Of a stretch of DNA of 20,000 nt, positions 10,197 to 20,000 are shown piece by piece (within the stretch, counting starts at the first letter, position 1; each line of letters opens with the position of its first letter). The notes under the pieces are model-generated. The model ran no database searches. It had not been told where the DNA came from and worked only from the letters and a program-made list of their open reading frames with translations. The stretch comes from Chiloscyllium plagiosum (Eukaryota), in assembly GCF_004010195.1 (NCBI RefSeq), contig NC_057718.1, positions 30,880,854 through 30,900,853 of the forward strand. Reading direction: 5' to 3'. Both the position numbers and the translations under genes were made by a program.

Positions 10197-10409
10197 GGGA
10201 GGTAGTGGCATAGTGATAACGTCACTGGGCTAGCAATCCGGAATTCCAGGCTAAAATTCTGAGGACATGGCTGAAATCCTTCTATTGCAGATGGTGAAAT
10301 TGAATTCAATCGAAAGTGGGGAATTTAAAAAGTTAATCAAATGATAACCATGTAATGATTGTTGTAAAAGCCTACCTAGTTCACCATTACTCTTTTGGGA
10401 AGGAAATTT
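10197..10409 (+). mobile_element. 5' part of a shark tRNA-derived SINE, cut off by an HE1-like SINE
   Basis: The head GGAGGTAGTGGCATAGTGATAA is A-box-like, and the body is homologous to 8100-8172. Confidence 0.7.
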
Positions 10410-10680
10410 GGGGTGGCAGAGTGGCTCAATAGTTAGCACTGCTGTACCACAGCCAGGGATCCAGGTTTGATTTCACCCTGCTGTGATTCTTTGTGAAGTT
10501 TGCACATTCTCCTTGTGTCTGCATGTGTTTCCTCTGGGTGCTCTGGTTTCTTCCCACAGTCTATTAACGTACAGATTAGGTGGATTGGCCATGCTAAGTT
10601 ATCCATTGTGTCCAGGGATGTGCAGGCTAGGTGGATTTAGCCATGGGAAATGCAGGGTTACAGGGATAGGATAGCAGGGT
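10410..10680 (+). mobile_element. HE1-like V-SINE, 3'-truncated
   Basis: Head GGCAGAGTGGCTCAATAGTTAGCACTGCT and B-box-like GGTTTGATTTC. The body matches the reverse complement of 1270-1510, e.g. atgtgcaggctaggtgg...agccatgggaaatgca. Confidence 0.85.
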
Positions 10681-10781
10681 GTATAAACAGAGACACAAAG
10701 TATTAAAATACAGCATAACATAACATAAGCCCCAGTTGCAATTTTCCATACATTCAGTAGGGTGCCTCAATTGGTAGAATA

Positions 10782-10915
10782 ATCTCATTCTTGATGAAGG
10801 GCTTATGCCCGAAACATCGATTCTCCTGGTCCTTGGATGCTGCCTGACTTGCTGTGCTTTTCCAGCACCACACACTCGACTCTGATCTCCAGTATCTGCA
10901 GTCCTCACTTTCTTC
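10782..10915 (+). mobile_element. Solo Penelope-like terminus (~134 bp) with hammerhead motif and degenerate TSD
   Basis: Homologous to the reverse complement of 5331-5463. Flanked by tgcctcaattggtagaata (10763-10781) and tggctcaataggtagcata (10916-10934), 16/19 identical. Hammerhead-like TTGATGA-A-GGGC-TTAT-GCCC-GAAA-C-ATC at 10791-10818. Confidence 0.85.
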
Positions 10916-11310
10916 TGGCTCAATAGGTAGCATATTTGCCTCTGCAACATTGAGTTTCTGGGTTCATATCCTACTGAATGTCAGAGTGCAATAATCAAGG
11001 TTGTTTCATCAAAGAAGTATTGAGAGCTAGCAAAATATAATCATAATCCAATTATATTGTTGCAGGTTCTGTCTTTTGGGTGAGAGGCCCTTAAAGCAAG
11101 GCCCTATCTGCCTGGTTGGAAGGAAATAAAAGATTCTAGAGCGTTGTTTGCAGAAGAGCCAGGGAGTTACCTGGTGTGCTGGCCAATATTTATCTCTCAA
11201 TCAACATCAAAACAAAAACATATTATCAGGTTACTATCACATTGCTGGTTGCAGGGGTTTACTGGATGCAAATGAACCTCCACGCATTGTAACAGTGACT
11301 ACAGTCCAAA
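10916..11310 (+). mobile_element. DeuSINE (SacSINE1/AmnSINE1-like Deu domain), head interrupted by the PLE terminus
   Basis: tRNA head TGGCTCAATAGGTAG...GGGTTCATATCC. Deu-like core ggttctgtcttttgggtgag...taaaagattc...gaagagccagggagttacctggtgtgctggccaatattta. Homologous to the reverse complement of 14765-15128. Confidence 0.75.
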
Positions 11311-11324
11311 AAAAAGCCAATAGC

Positions 11325-11600
11325 TAGAAGACACAGATTTAAGGTATTTAGCAAAAAGACCAAAGATAACATAATAAAACATTTTCTTACACATTTGCAG
11401 TACACTGGTAGATAGGGGTGACAGATACAGATTCAATAGTAGCCTCCAAAGAAGAATTGGATATATATTCACAGAAGAAAACATTTTCAGGGGTATAGGA
11501 AAAGCATAGGCCTGTAGGACAAAATATTTGGAAGAGCTGGCAGAGATGGACTGAATACACCTCCCCCCCCACTTCCCACCACCATTACATGTTTCAATGA
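11325..11600 (+). mobile_element. Old CR1 3'-end fragment
   Basis: acacagatttaaggta (HRFKV), ttttcttacac and gcctccaaagaagaattggatatatat (AFKreLD-like) parallel the CR1 end at 19820-19975. Confidence 0.6.
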
Positions 11601-12339
11601 TGCAATTATTAAACAGAAATATAATCGGCAGCCTCAGAGGGGCATTGGAACAACAATCTACATAATGAATGAGATTTAAAAATTTTAATTAACAGGTTAT
11701 TTTGGAGAGGTGATGATGTGTCCCAGTTCACAGTGCCCAATGATCATGGCAGGTCTGGAACACATTTAAGGACACTGTGCACTCCCTGTCCGAGATCACC
11801 AGACCCTCTACATAACTACATGAGACGCAGGCAGTCAGCTACATTGAACTCCTTCACTACTCAAAGCCTGGACCTGTTATTGGTCCCTAAGGACAAACCC
11901 AGAAGTAGACTCACAAGTAGGGTCTTCTAACATGCCTGCTCCTTTCCACATTGTGTAACCAAAGATTAGGAGCACAGAGCTGAAGTGCAGCCAAAAATTT
12001 GGTAAAAGCCCCTTTTCTTCTCATATATAACTAAAAGGGCTATATTGCACCGTTGAGTTTAGGTAGACAACACCAGCTATCCAAAGGTGAATAACATTTG
12101 GAGTATCATATTGTTTTACCCGACATCCATACATACGCACTTCTTAGCACCAGCCACTCGATAGTAATCTAGGGTTGTGTTTTCAAGTGAGTGTAAAGTG
12201 TAACAAAAAAAATCAATTAATCTGCAGTAATGGTCCTCATCAAAAACAGATTCCACAATTTGCTATTGGTGCTATTTTAATATCAGTCATGGATAAAGTG
12301 CTGCATAGTGATAGAAGTTGATTAAAAACCTTCTTAATA

Positions 12340-12414
12340 AGGGCTTCCTAATGGCAAACCTTGGCAGCCATCTATCTCAAAAAGGCCATCATCAGTGAGG
12401 AGACACAATATCAG
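12340..12414 (+). mobile_element. RTE-clade LINE fragment (5' piece)
   Basis: NLGSHLSQK/AIISEETQYQ (one frameshift) resembles the RTE motif FxYLGSxLsxxaxidxEixxR. Confidence 0.6.
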
Positions 12415-13502
12415 ATCGTAGACTCACAGAGTCATAGAAATTTACAGTACAGAAACAGATGCTTCAGTCCAATCTTTTTATGCCAACCAGATATCCTAAA
12501 TAAATCTAGTCCCATTTGCCAGCATTTTGCCTATATCCATTGAAATTCTTCTGATTCATATACCCATCCAGATGCCTTTTAAATGTTGTAACTATACCAG
12601 TTGTCACCACTTCCTCTGGCAGCTCATTCCATACCTGAACTACCCTCTGCATGAAAACAATGCTTCTTTTAAAAGTTTTCTTCTCTCACCTTAAACCTAT
12701 GCCCTCTAGTTTTGGACTCTCCCTCTCTGGGGAAAATACCTTGTCTATTTACCCTTTCAATGCCCCTCATGATTTTATAAACCTCTATAAGGTCACCCCT
12801 CAGCCTCCAACGATCCAGGGAAAATTGCCCCAATCTATTCAGCCTCTTCCAATAGTTCAAACTCTGCAATCCTAGCAACATGCTTGAAATTTTTTCTGAA
12901 CCCTTTCAAGTTTCACAACATTCTTCCTATAGCAGGAAGATCAGCATTGCATGCAATATTTCAATGATTGCCTAACCCAATATCCTGTACAGCCACACAT
13001 GACCTCCCAACTCAATGCACTGACCAATAAAAGCAAGAATACCAAATGCCTTCTTCACTATCCTGCCTATCTATGACTCCACTTTCAAGTACATTGAACG
13101 TGCACTCCAAGGTCTCTATGTTCAGCAATATCCTGCAGGACCTTAGCATGAAGTGTCTAAGCTATGCCCTGATTTGCCTTTCCAAAATGCAGCACCTCAC
13201 ATTTATCTAAATTAAATTCCATCTGCCACTCCTAGGCCCATCTGATCAAGATCCCATTGTACTCTAAGTTAACCTTCTTCACTGTCCACCACATTTCCAA
13301 TTTTGGTGCCATTTGCAAACTTACTAGCCATACCTCCTTATGTTCACACCCAAATCATTTATATAAATGAAGAAAACCAGTGGACCCAGCACTGATTCTT
13401 GTGGCATATCACTGGTCACAGGCCTACCACCTTCCACCACCACACTCTGTCTTCTACCTTTGAGCCAGTTCTGTATCCAAATGGTTTGTTCTCCCTGTAT
13501 TC
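12415..13502 (-). mobile_element. 5'-truncated HER1-like CR1 LINE (~1.09 kb) with a candidate 7-bp TSD
   Basis: ORF 12669-12881 gives RLNRLGQFSLDRWRLRGDLIEVYKIMRGIERV...TRGHRFKV. RT motifs KFANGTKI and QESVLGPLVFFIYINDL lie at ~13300-13400. There is an (ATGACTCT)n-type tail at 12418-12438, and ATATCAG at both 12408-12414 and 13503-13509. Confidence 0.92.
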
Positions 13503-13880
13503 ATATCAGTCTTCTGTAAACAGTACCGAAAGTTCAGCAGTAAGGATCTCTGCAAGTCAGTAAACATCCTAGTGCACTGTGTTGACTTCACCGAACTCTC
13601 TATTCCAGTCACTCCTGAAATGTGTTACACAAGAGACAAATTCCACAAGCAATGCCTCAGCTGTGTCTCTCAAATTTCAATGTGAGAATCATTGAACAGA
13701 TGCTCATGTTCTTTTTGAAAAATACTGTGCAAGCATTGAGATAAAACATCTGCAACATCAGTGGACTGGACACTGTATCCGGATAGCCGAAAACTGCCTC
13801 CCTTCCATGCCTTTCATCAACTCTCAAAAGGCTAACATTCCAGAGGAGGACAAAGAAAACATTTCAAAGTCATCATTAAG
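13503..13880 (+). mobile_element. RTE-clade LINE fragment (3' piece, C-terminal domain)
   Basis: DKFHKQCLSCVSQI (~13636-13677), QHQWTGHCIRIAENCLP (13753-13803) and LSKG*HSRGGQRKHFKVIIK (~13821-13880) match RTE FHqRCLRxIL, LRWxGHvxRMxdxRLP and GxRxrGGQrKRfKD. Confidence 0.8.
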
Positions 13881-14764
13881 TACCTGATTTTTATTTCCAT
13901 TAACTTAGCTTTTCATGCTGTACTGATTTAACTCTAGGAAAAGTTCAGCAAAAGCTTCAATAAAATGGGAGAAATTATGGAAAAATTCTCTCACAATGGT
14001 CTTGATTCCCTGTGTGCAGTGTTAAGTGAGTTCAAGTAGGTTTAAGGTAAGTGTTGTTCCAGAGCTTCTTATTATAAGGATGTCATTTTCCATTGTTATC
14101 CAGTGACTCCTTTCTAAATGAGCATGTGTGAATTTGAAATGAAGACCAAAGCTGATTTGACTATGATGTCCTCATGGTGGAATTAAAGGGAACAAAACTT
14201 GCATTTATATGTGATGCCTTTTGCAGTTACAAGGGACAGCATTCAATTTAATTCATGTAGATTCAGTCCACTGGTGAGAAAATGGTGGCAAACAGAAGAT
14301 ATTAGAGACCAGCAGTTCTCCATTATAGCTTGTGCCACCACGGCTTTTAAAGTGCCCACAGGGAGGCTTAGCTTTATTGAGGAACCCAATCATCAGCTGA
14401 GTGACAGTGGATAGAGGTCAGGAGGAGAGGTTCATAAGAGATAGTAGGCAGAGGGGATTGGAGATCAGGTGAGAGAGTGGGTTTCAGTGATCAACTCCCG
14501 ATGCCAGTCAGGTGTTAAGTGCGTTTCGAAGAGTGATCCAATTCCCTCTCAGAAGGCCATGTCACTCAGAAGTAATTCATGAGCCATCACTAAATTCTGA
14601 TGGGTTAAGAATGAGCCCAAATGACAACCTGCCTAAGCATGCATGTTTCCTGCATGGGCCTTCAAGTTAATTGTGGGAAGATTTCTGTCCACCTGAAGAT
14701 GTCTCTCCCATAATTAAATGGGTCTGATTGCCATTTCCCTGCTACAATGGGCTGCATCAGATCT

Positions 14765-15128
14765 ACTCCAGGATGTCCCAAACCCTCTAAAGTCAAGAAA
14801 GCACTTTGAACTGTAGTCACTGTCGGATTAGAATTGTGTTTTCAATTTTCACACAACAAACTCACACAAGCAGCAATGAGATACATGACCAAAAAATCCG
14901 TCTTAACAATATTGGTTGTAGCATTAATACTGACCAGGAGAGTGCTGTAGTTCTTCTTTGAAATAGTGTCCCTGGGATCTTAAGCATTCAACTGAAAGAG
15001 TGGTCAGAGCCTTCTTTAACGTCTCATTTGAAAGATGGACCTGACTGTCAATCTAACTTAGGAATTCAACTTCTAGGAGAGGGATTTATATGAACTGACT
15101 CAGAGAACAGAATGTTATCACTGAGCTA
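14765..15128 (-). mobile_element. DeuSINE (SacSINE1-like), degraded
   Basis: Minus strand: head TAGCTCAGTGATAAC, Deu core ccatctttcaaatgagacgttaaa...aagatcccagggacactatttcaaagaagaa, and acagtgactacagttcaaag shared with 11292-11309. Confidence 0.75.
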
Positions 15129-16912
15129 AATCTGTCTTCCCTGGACAGCATACAATATTGATTATCAAGATTCACAATTTTAAAATAAAAGCCACAAAGG
15201 TGGGGTAACCAAAATTTTTATTGTACTCTAACATGCATGTGGTTTCAGGAGCAAAGGAGGAAATAAATGAAATGAGAAGAAATCAAATAAGAGACAACTC
15301 ACATTAGACCATTAGGCAGAGGTCATAGTTATCCCACCAGTTTGGATCAGTTTAAACTATTGTACAAAACTGTTGCATTGTCAAATTCCTCATTTTTAAA
15401 AAAAAAATTTTTTTCTTTCTAATCTTCATCAATCAATAGGAGACAACAAAAATAAATGATGACAAATAAAATGCTCAGGGAAGTTTATTTCAAATGGATA
15501 ACATTTTAGCTAAGGTGGATTGGCAGGCACAATTTTTAATACAGGTATTTTAAGAGGGAGAGAGAGCAACTACTTTATATTTTCTAGATATTATAATTTT
15601 GTTTGTGATTCTTATCATTAAAATAAGGACTTACTATTAATTTATGGATAGATGATTAATTTTTATAAGTTGTACCTGTAATTAGCAGTTCACTTCCACA
15701 TATCCATTGCCTTGTCCTTTTCACATGTTGTTGTTGAATTCTAATGGGCTGCTGTCATAATTATTTTTGTGCTAATGTGCCCCATTAATTCATTTAGTTC
15801 TGGGTTCAGAGAGGCATTTAATGTCGTTTGCTGACTGTGTTAGCCACTTGACATTCTGTTCATTATGCTCGTTTTTTAGGTTTGTGCTGTTGTTAGCTTT
15901 TTGTTTGTTCAAAATTTTTGCAATATATTACAAAACAGTGATATGACATGGTTTATGCTGTCAAGTGATAGCTATTCAGAACATGGTTTTGAGTTTGTGA
16001 ACAGGTAGTTCACTTATTACAACATGGACACTTCACAGCAGTTTGGCATATAAGGAAAATAATGAAATGGAAAGCCACATATTTCAAGGCTAAGAAGGCT
16101 TTTAGAAGGATGCCAGTATGATTTTTGATATTTTATTAAAGCAGTATGTAAGCGTAGTCATCTGACCCTCTCATTGTCAATATGCAAGAATGTGTTATGG
16201 GAGTTTTGTCATGAAATAACTGTCAGTCAGCAATGCACAGCTTTTTTTAAAAAATCAACTAACAATGAATAGTCAGTGAAAGATGCCTTGGCAGAGTAAC
16301 CATGAGCAGTCATTTTCTCAATGTTCCATGTCCCATGATAAATCATCAGTTACAATTCCTTTTTGAGCTCTTTGAGAGTGATTTGTTTATTAGTTTCGTG
16401 CCGTAGTATATAATTCAACATTTTCATCAATGGTTTATCCTTAATATAGGTCCCACAATTGAAAAGAAGTTGAGCTATTTTAACTTGTGCTTCCAGTCAA
16501 GAAACTGACCTGATCAAGTGGGGTACTGATTTCATCCTGTTCCTTGTCACTTTTCAACAACCGTGGCTGGATCTGGAGTTCGAAAGATAGTTTAAATTTC
16601 TACTTTTCGTCTGGCACTTGGGGTTTCATGGCTGATTGTGCCAAGGTTTACTCCTTTTTTGTTACTCTAGTAACCATGTTTGGTAAAGATGACTTGTCAT
16701 TCTATATCATGTGTTCATCTGTTGGGAAGGAAGTGTGAAGAACTGCAGAGAGATGCCTAGCAGATTATGCTGTCCTAGACGCAATCTGTGCCATTGGAGT
16801 TGGTGTTTTGGCTTGGCACAGTGGGCATCTCTTTCAGCACAACCTGGATTGCAGCAGCCATCAAAAAGGAGCTAGGTGCTTTGCTGCACTGTCATTGTTA
16901 CTTACTTGCACA

Positions 16913-17059
16913 GGTGAAAGTGAGGACTGCAGATGCTGGAGATCAGATCTGAAAATGTGTTTCATTTTCCTGAAGAAGGGCTCATGCCCAAAACGTCAAT
17001 TCTCCTGCTCCTTGGATGCTGCCTGACCAGCTGCGCTTTTCCAGCAACACATTTTCAGC
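16913..17059. mobile_element. Internally inverted Penelope-like terminus (147 bp) with a perfect 14-bp TSD
   Basis: TACTTACTTGCACA occurs at 16899-16912 and 17060-17073. 16913-16961 is the element's 3' tip in minus orientation, and 16962-17059 is the hammerhead-bearing part in plus orientation. Confidence 0.88.
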
Positions 17060-17554
17060 TACTTACTTGCACACCCAAGCTTTCATCTAGGATTATTTTT
17101 GCCTTTAACACTGATTTGCCATTTTCTCAATTCCCCTGTTCTATCAAATTTAATGGATGGAATGACACTCAAAGGCTTGGATAATCAAGAGATGGATGAT
17201 GCCACAGAATGAAGAGGTGACATCTCAACTGTTTCTTTACAGTTTTGCTGCTTTTGTTTCATTTTTTGGTTGGTCAAAGTTAGGATGACAGCATATGCTT
17301 CAGTGCTCCTGTGATTGAATAAGCATTATAACCAGCAAACCTGTTTTAAAAGACCATTCATCTGACAATAAGATATTCTATTTGGTGATATTTTTTCTTA
17401 AGATTATTGTGAGTGACTTGGAATATGCTGGAAATAACTTTATGCAGACAGATTGATTATCCATGCCCCACTTTGGTATTTGCAATTGCCTTCCAAATGG
17501 AGCTTCTTACATATTCATAACCCCATGCTAAACTATAATTTTTATTAAAAACAA

Positions 17555-18330
17555 ATATGAAATAGTCACAGTCGCTAATAAACCAAATAATTTGATTAAG
17601 CGGGAACTTTTCTACCCGAAGAAGAGTCATAGAGTCATAGAGATGTACAGCACAGAAACAGAACCTTCCAATATGTCCATGCCGCCCAAATATTCTAACT
17701 TAACCTAGTCCCATTTGCCAGCACATGACCATATCCCTCTAAACCCTTCCTATTCATATACCCATCCAGATGCCTTTTAAATGCTGTAATTGTATTAGCC
17801 TCCACCACTTCCTCTGGCAGCTTATTCCATACATGCACCATCCTCTCCGTGAAAATGTTGTCCATCAGGTCCCTTTTATATCTTTCCCCTCTCACCAAGA
17901 ACCTATGCCCTCTAGTTCTGGACTCAGAACTTTCACTCCTGTTACATCACCCTAATCCTTTCTGTGTATACGAAGCAGACACCATGGTAGTGCAACTGGA
18001 GATTTAGTTGAGAAACACCTCAGTGATATACCTCAAGGCAATTAATTATGAAACAATAAAATCCTTTTTTAAATTTTTCCCACCCCAGGGGAAAGACCTT
18101 GTCTGTCTATCCTATCCATGCCCCTCATGATGGTTAGAATGCAGAACTTGTTGTCAAATGAAGTAGTTGAGGTAAAAAGCATAGATGCATTTGAAGGGGA
18201 GCTGGATAATACAAGGGGGTAAAGGAATAGCTGATAGATACATTAAGTCATAAGAAGTCCAGTGGAATGAAGCTTCTGTGAAGCAAAATACTGGCAAAGG
18301 GAAGTTGGGAAATGGTCTGCTTCTACCAAA
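17555..18330 (+). mobile_element. Old CR1 3' end split into two pieces (~17555-17622 and 18131-~18330) by a younger CR1
   Basis: Joining gggaacttttctacccgaaga with tggttagaatgcagaac...gtagttgaggtaaaaagcatagatgcatttgaaggggagctggat restores a CR1 nfFtqRVVrmWN.L...VVea.sidaFkg.LD C-terminus. Confidence 0.65.
17623..18131 (-). mobile_element. Short 5'-truncated HER1-like CR1 LINE, interrupted at 17926-18078 by a foreign insert
   Basis: (AGAGTCAT)2 tail at 17623-17638 and ORF NIFTERMVHVWNKLPEEVVEANTITAFKRHLDGYM. It is colinear with 12428-12773 once the insert is removed. Confidence 0.92.
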
Positions 18331-18498
18331 ATCTCTGTTTAATACTGGAAAAATTTAAAAAAGGATTTTATTGTTTCATAATTAATTGCCTTGAGGTATA
18401 TCACTGAGGTGTTTCTCAACTAAATCTCCAGTTGCACTACCATGGTGTCTGCTTCGTATACACAGAAATGATTAGGGTGATGTAACAGGAGTGAAAGT
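17929..18498. repeat. Long inverted repeat: 152-bp arms (17929-18080 and 18347-18498) with a 266-bp spacer
   Basis: Base-by-base reverse-complement comparison gives 151/152 identity, with a single mismatch at 17958 versus 18469. Confidence 0.97.
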
Positions 18499-19329
18499 AA
18501 TCAAACCATTTGATCAAAAGACTACTCTTCAAATTAGAATCTCTCCATATTGTATGTTTAACAGTTTTCATCCATAAAGTGATTATTCATTATTTTTTCA
18601 AAACTCTGATTATTGGTCATGCCTGGTGCAACAGCACCACCATGTCTGCTATCCTAACACATTCAGAACTACCTAAAATGCCATTGGAAGAAAATGCAAT
18701 AGGTAACCAATATGCTTTGTTCTCTTTTATCTGATTCATCCGTGGTAACAAACATAACAATTTCTGCAATATTCATGTGAATAGTTCTCACCCTTTCATC
18801 ACAGGCAGTAAGTAATGACAGAGCCTGACATGTAACCTGACATCATACAATACAGAAAAATTTACTTAACTTTAACTTTCCTTGGCTGTAATTATAGTGT
18901 GATCAAGACACAGACACCAAAGCATTTGAAATCTCTTTGTTTGTGTAACTCAGTACGACTTAGTAACACCCATGTTCGTGGGAGAAGGCAGTGCTTTCAT
19001 TTCCTACACTTGACTGTGTAAGAACCAGGACAAGGAGAGTTCTGCTTTAACAAGCCTGGTGTCTTAATTATTAATTCAAAGAAACAGTTCCTGTGTTTAA
19101 TCAAGTTGAAAAGCATGCAGAATCAGGATAGGGCAAGTCAAGGTAGCGTCATAGATTGTATTACTGATAATGAGAATTCAATGAAATCGTACTAATTGCT
19201 GTCACCCAATTGTACATTTTAAGATTGGGGTGAGCAGGAAAAATTAGATTGTGATTTTTACAACATTTTTTGATATCCAGTTGTGCTTTAAAAATGCCCA
19301 CACATCCTGCCTAACTTCTGAACTGACCA

Positions 19330-19475
19330 TTCAAAAGCTACCTGGACTTCCCTGTCAAGTTCATAGCCAATCCTATCCAATAAGAGAATCATCCGCAATG
19401 GCTTTTTTTCCAGGTCCCACACAACTACATCTGCAGTCCCTCAAGGATCCAACATTGGCCTCTTATTTTCATCCA
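19330..19475 (+). mobile_element. L2-like LINE RT fragment
   Basis: LSNKRIIRNGFFSRSHTTTSAVPQGSNIGLLF (~19373-19468) resembles RT YLsnRxqxv..ng..S......GVPQGSxLGPlLF. Confidence 0.6.
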
Positions 19476-19574
19476 GATCCTACCCATTTGTAACATCGTC
19501 CAATAACAACTCATCGTCACCTTCTCAGGAACAATCAGGAATGAGCAACAAATGTTAGATTTGCAATTGATGCT

Positions 19575-20000
19575 CACATCCTCGCCCAGTTATAGGAAGG
19601 ATATTATTAAGCTGGCGAGGGTTCAGAACAGCTTTAGCAGGATGTTGCCGGATATGGAAGCCTTGAATTATAAAGAAAGGCTGGATAGTCTGAGACTTTT
19701 TTCACTGGAACTTAGGAGGTTGAGAGGCGACCTGATAGAAGTTTATACGATAACGAGGGGTATAGATAAAGTTAATGGTAGTTGTCTATTCCATAGAATG
19801 GGGTATTTCAAAACTAGGGGGTATACTTTTAAGGTGAGAGGAGAGAGAATTAAAAAGGACATTAGAGGCGAATGTTTTTCACAGAGGGTGGTTCATGTGA
19901 GGAATGAACTTCCTGAGCAAGTGGTGGATGTGAGTACCATTATAACATTTAAAAAGATATTTGGATAAGTATGTGAATAGAAAGGTTTGGAGGGATATGG
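19575..20000 (+). mobile_element. CR1 LINE ORF2 C-terminal fragment, running off the window end
   Basis: SPSYRKDIIKLARVQNSFSRMLP...YKERLDSLRLFSLELRRLRGDLIEVYTITRG...TRGYTFKV...FSQRVVHVRNELP. Confidence 0.92.

Noticed and set aside
10577..10650. Internal direct repeat taggtggatt(g/t)...gccatg
   Set aside because: It is also present in the 1178-1510 copy, so it is an inherited feature of this SINE subfamily.
12050..14180. Possible pair of old SINE fragments at ~12050-12170 (-) and ~14000-14180 (+)
   Set aside because: Similarity is weak by eye (ctatcgagtggct vs ttatccagtgact); it cannot be supported without an alignment.
17929..18498. MITE/foldback transposon with 152-bp TIRs
   Set aside because: There is no TSD outside the arms, and the interior continues the interrupted CR1 and its pre-existing flank, so the unit did not insert as a whole.
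18735..18812. Possible host exon ending at the donor-like gca/GTAAGT
   Set aside because: No convincing upstream acceptor or recognisable peptide; isolated splice-like motifs occur by chance.
1..20000. CRISPR array or prokaryotic operon/defence system
   Set aside because: There are no regularly spaced repeats and no dense ORFs; the sequence is eukaryotic repeat-rich DNA.

Overview
This is non-coding, repeat-dense vertebrate DNA with no supportable host-gene exon. The repeat content (HE1-like V-SINEs, HER1/CR1 LINE ends with (ATGACTCT)n tails, SacSINE1-like DeuSINEs) points to a cartilaginous fish, probably a shark (inference). The window is a nested set of CR1, L2, RTE and Penelope-like (PLE) retroelements plus a fossil PIF/Harbinger transposase, with a 745-nt assembly gap at 5550-6294. 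The most notable structures are: (1) a 152-bp near-perfect inverted duplication (17929-18080 / 18347-18498) whose left arm sits inside a CR1 copy and has a snap-back hairpin at its junction; (2) three related PLE termini carrying a minimal hammerhead-ribozyme motif, each insertion flanked by 14-19-bp target-site duplications, one with an internal inversion; (3) an older PLE with inverted pseudo-LTRs. Family names come from recognised motifs, not database searches, and boundaries of old repeats are approximate.
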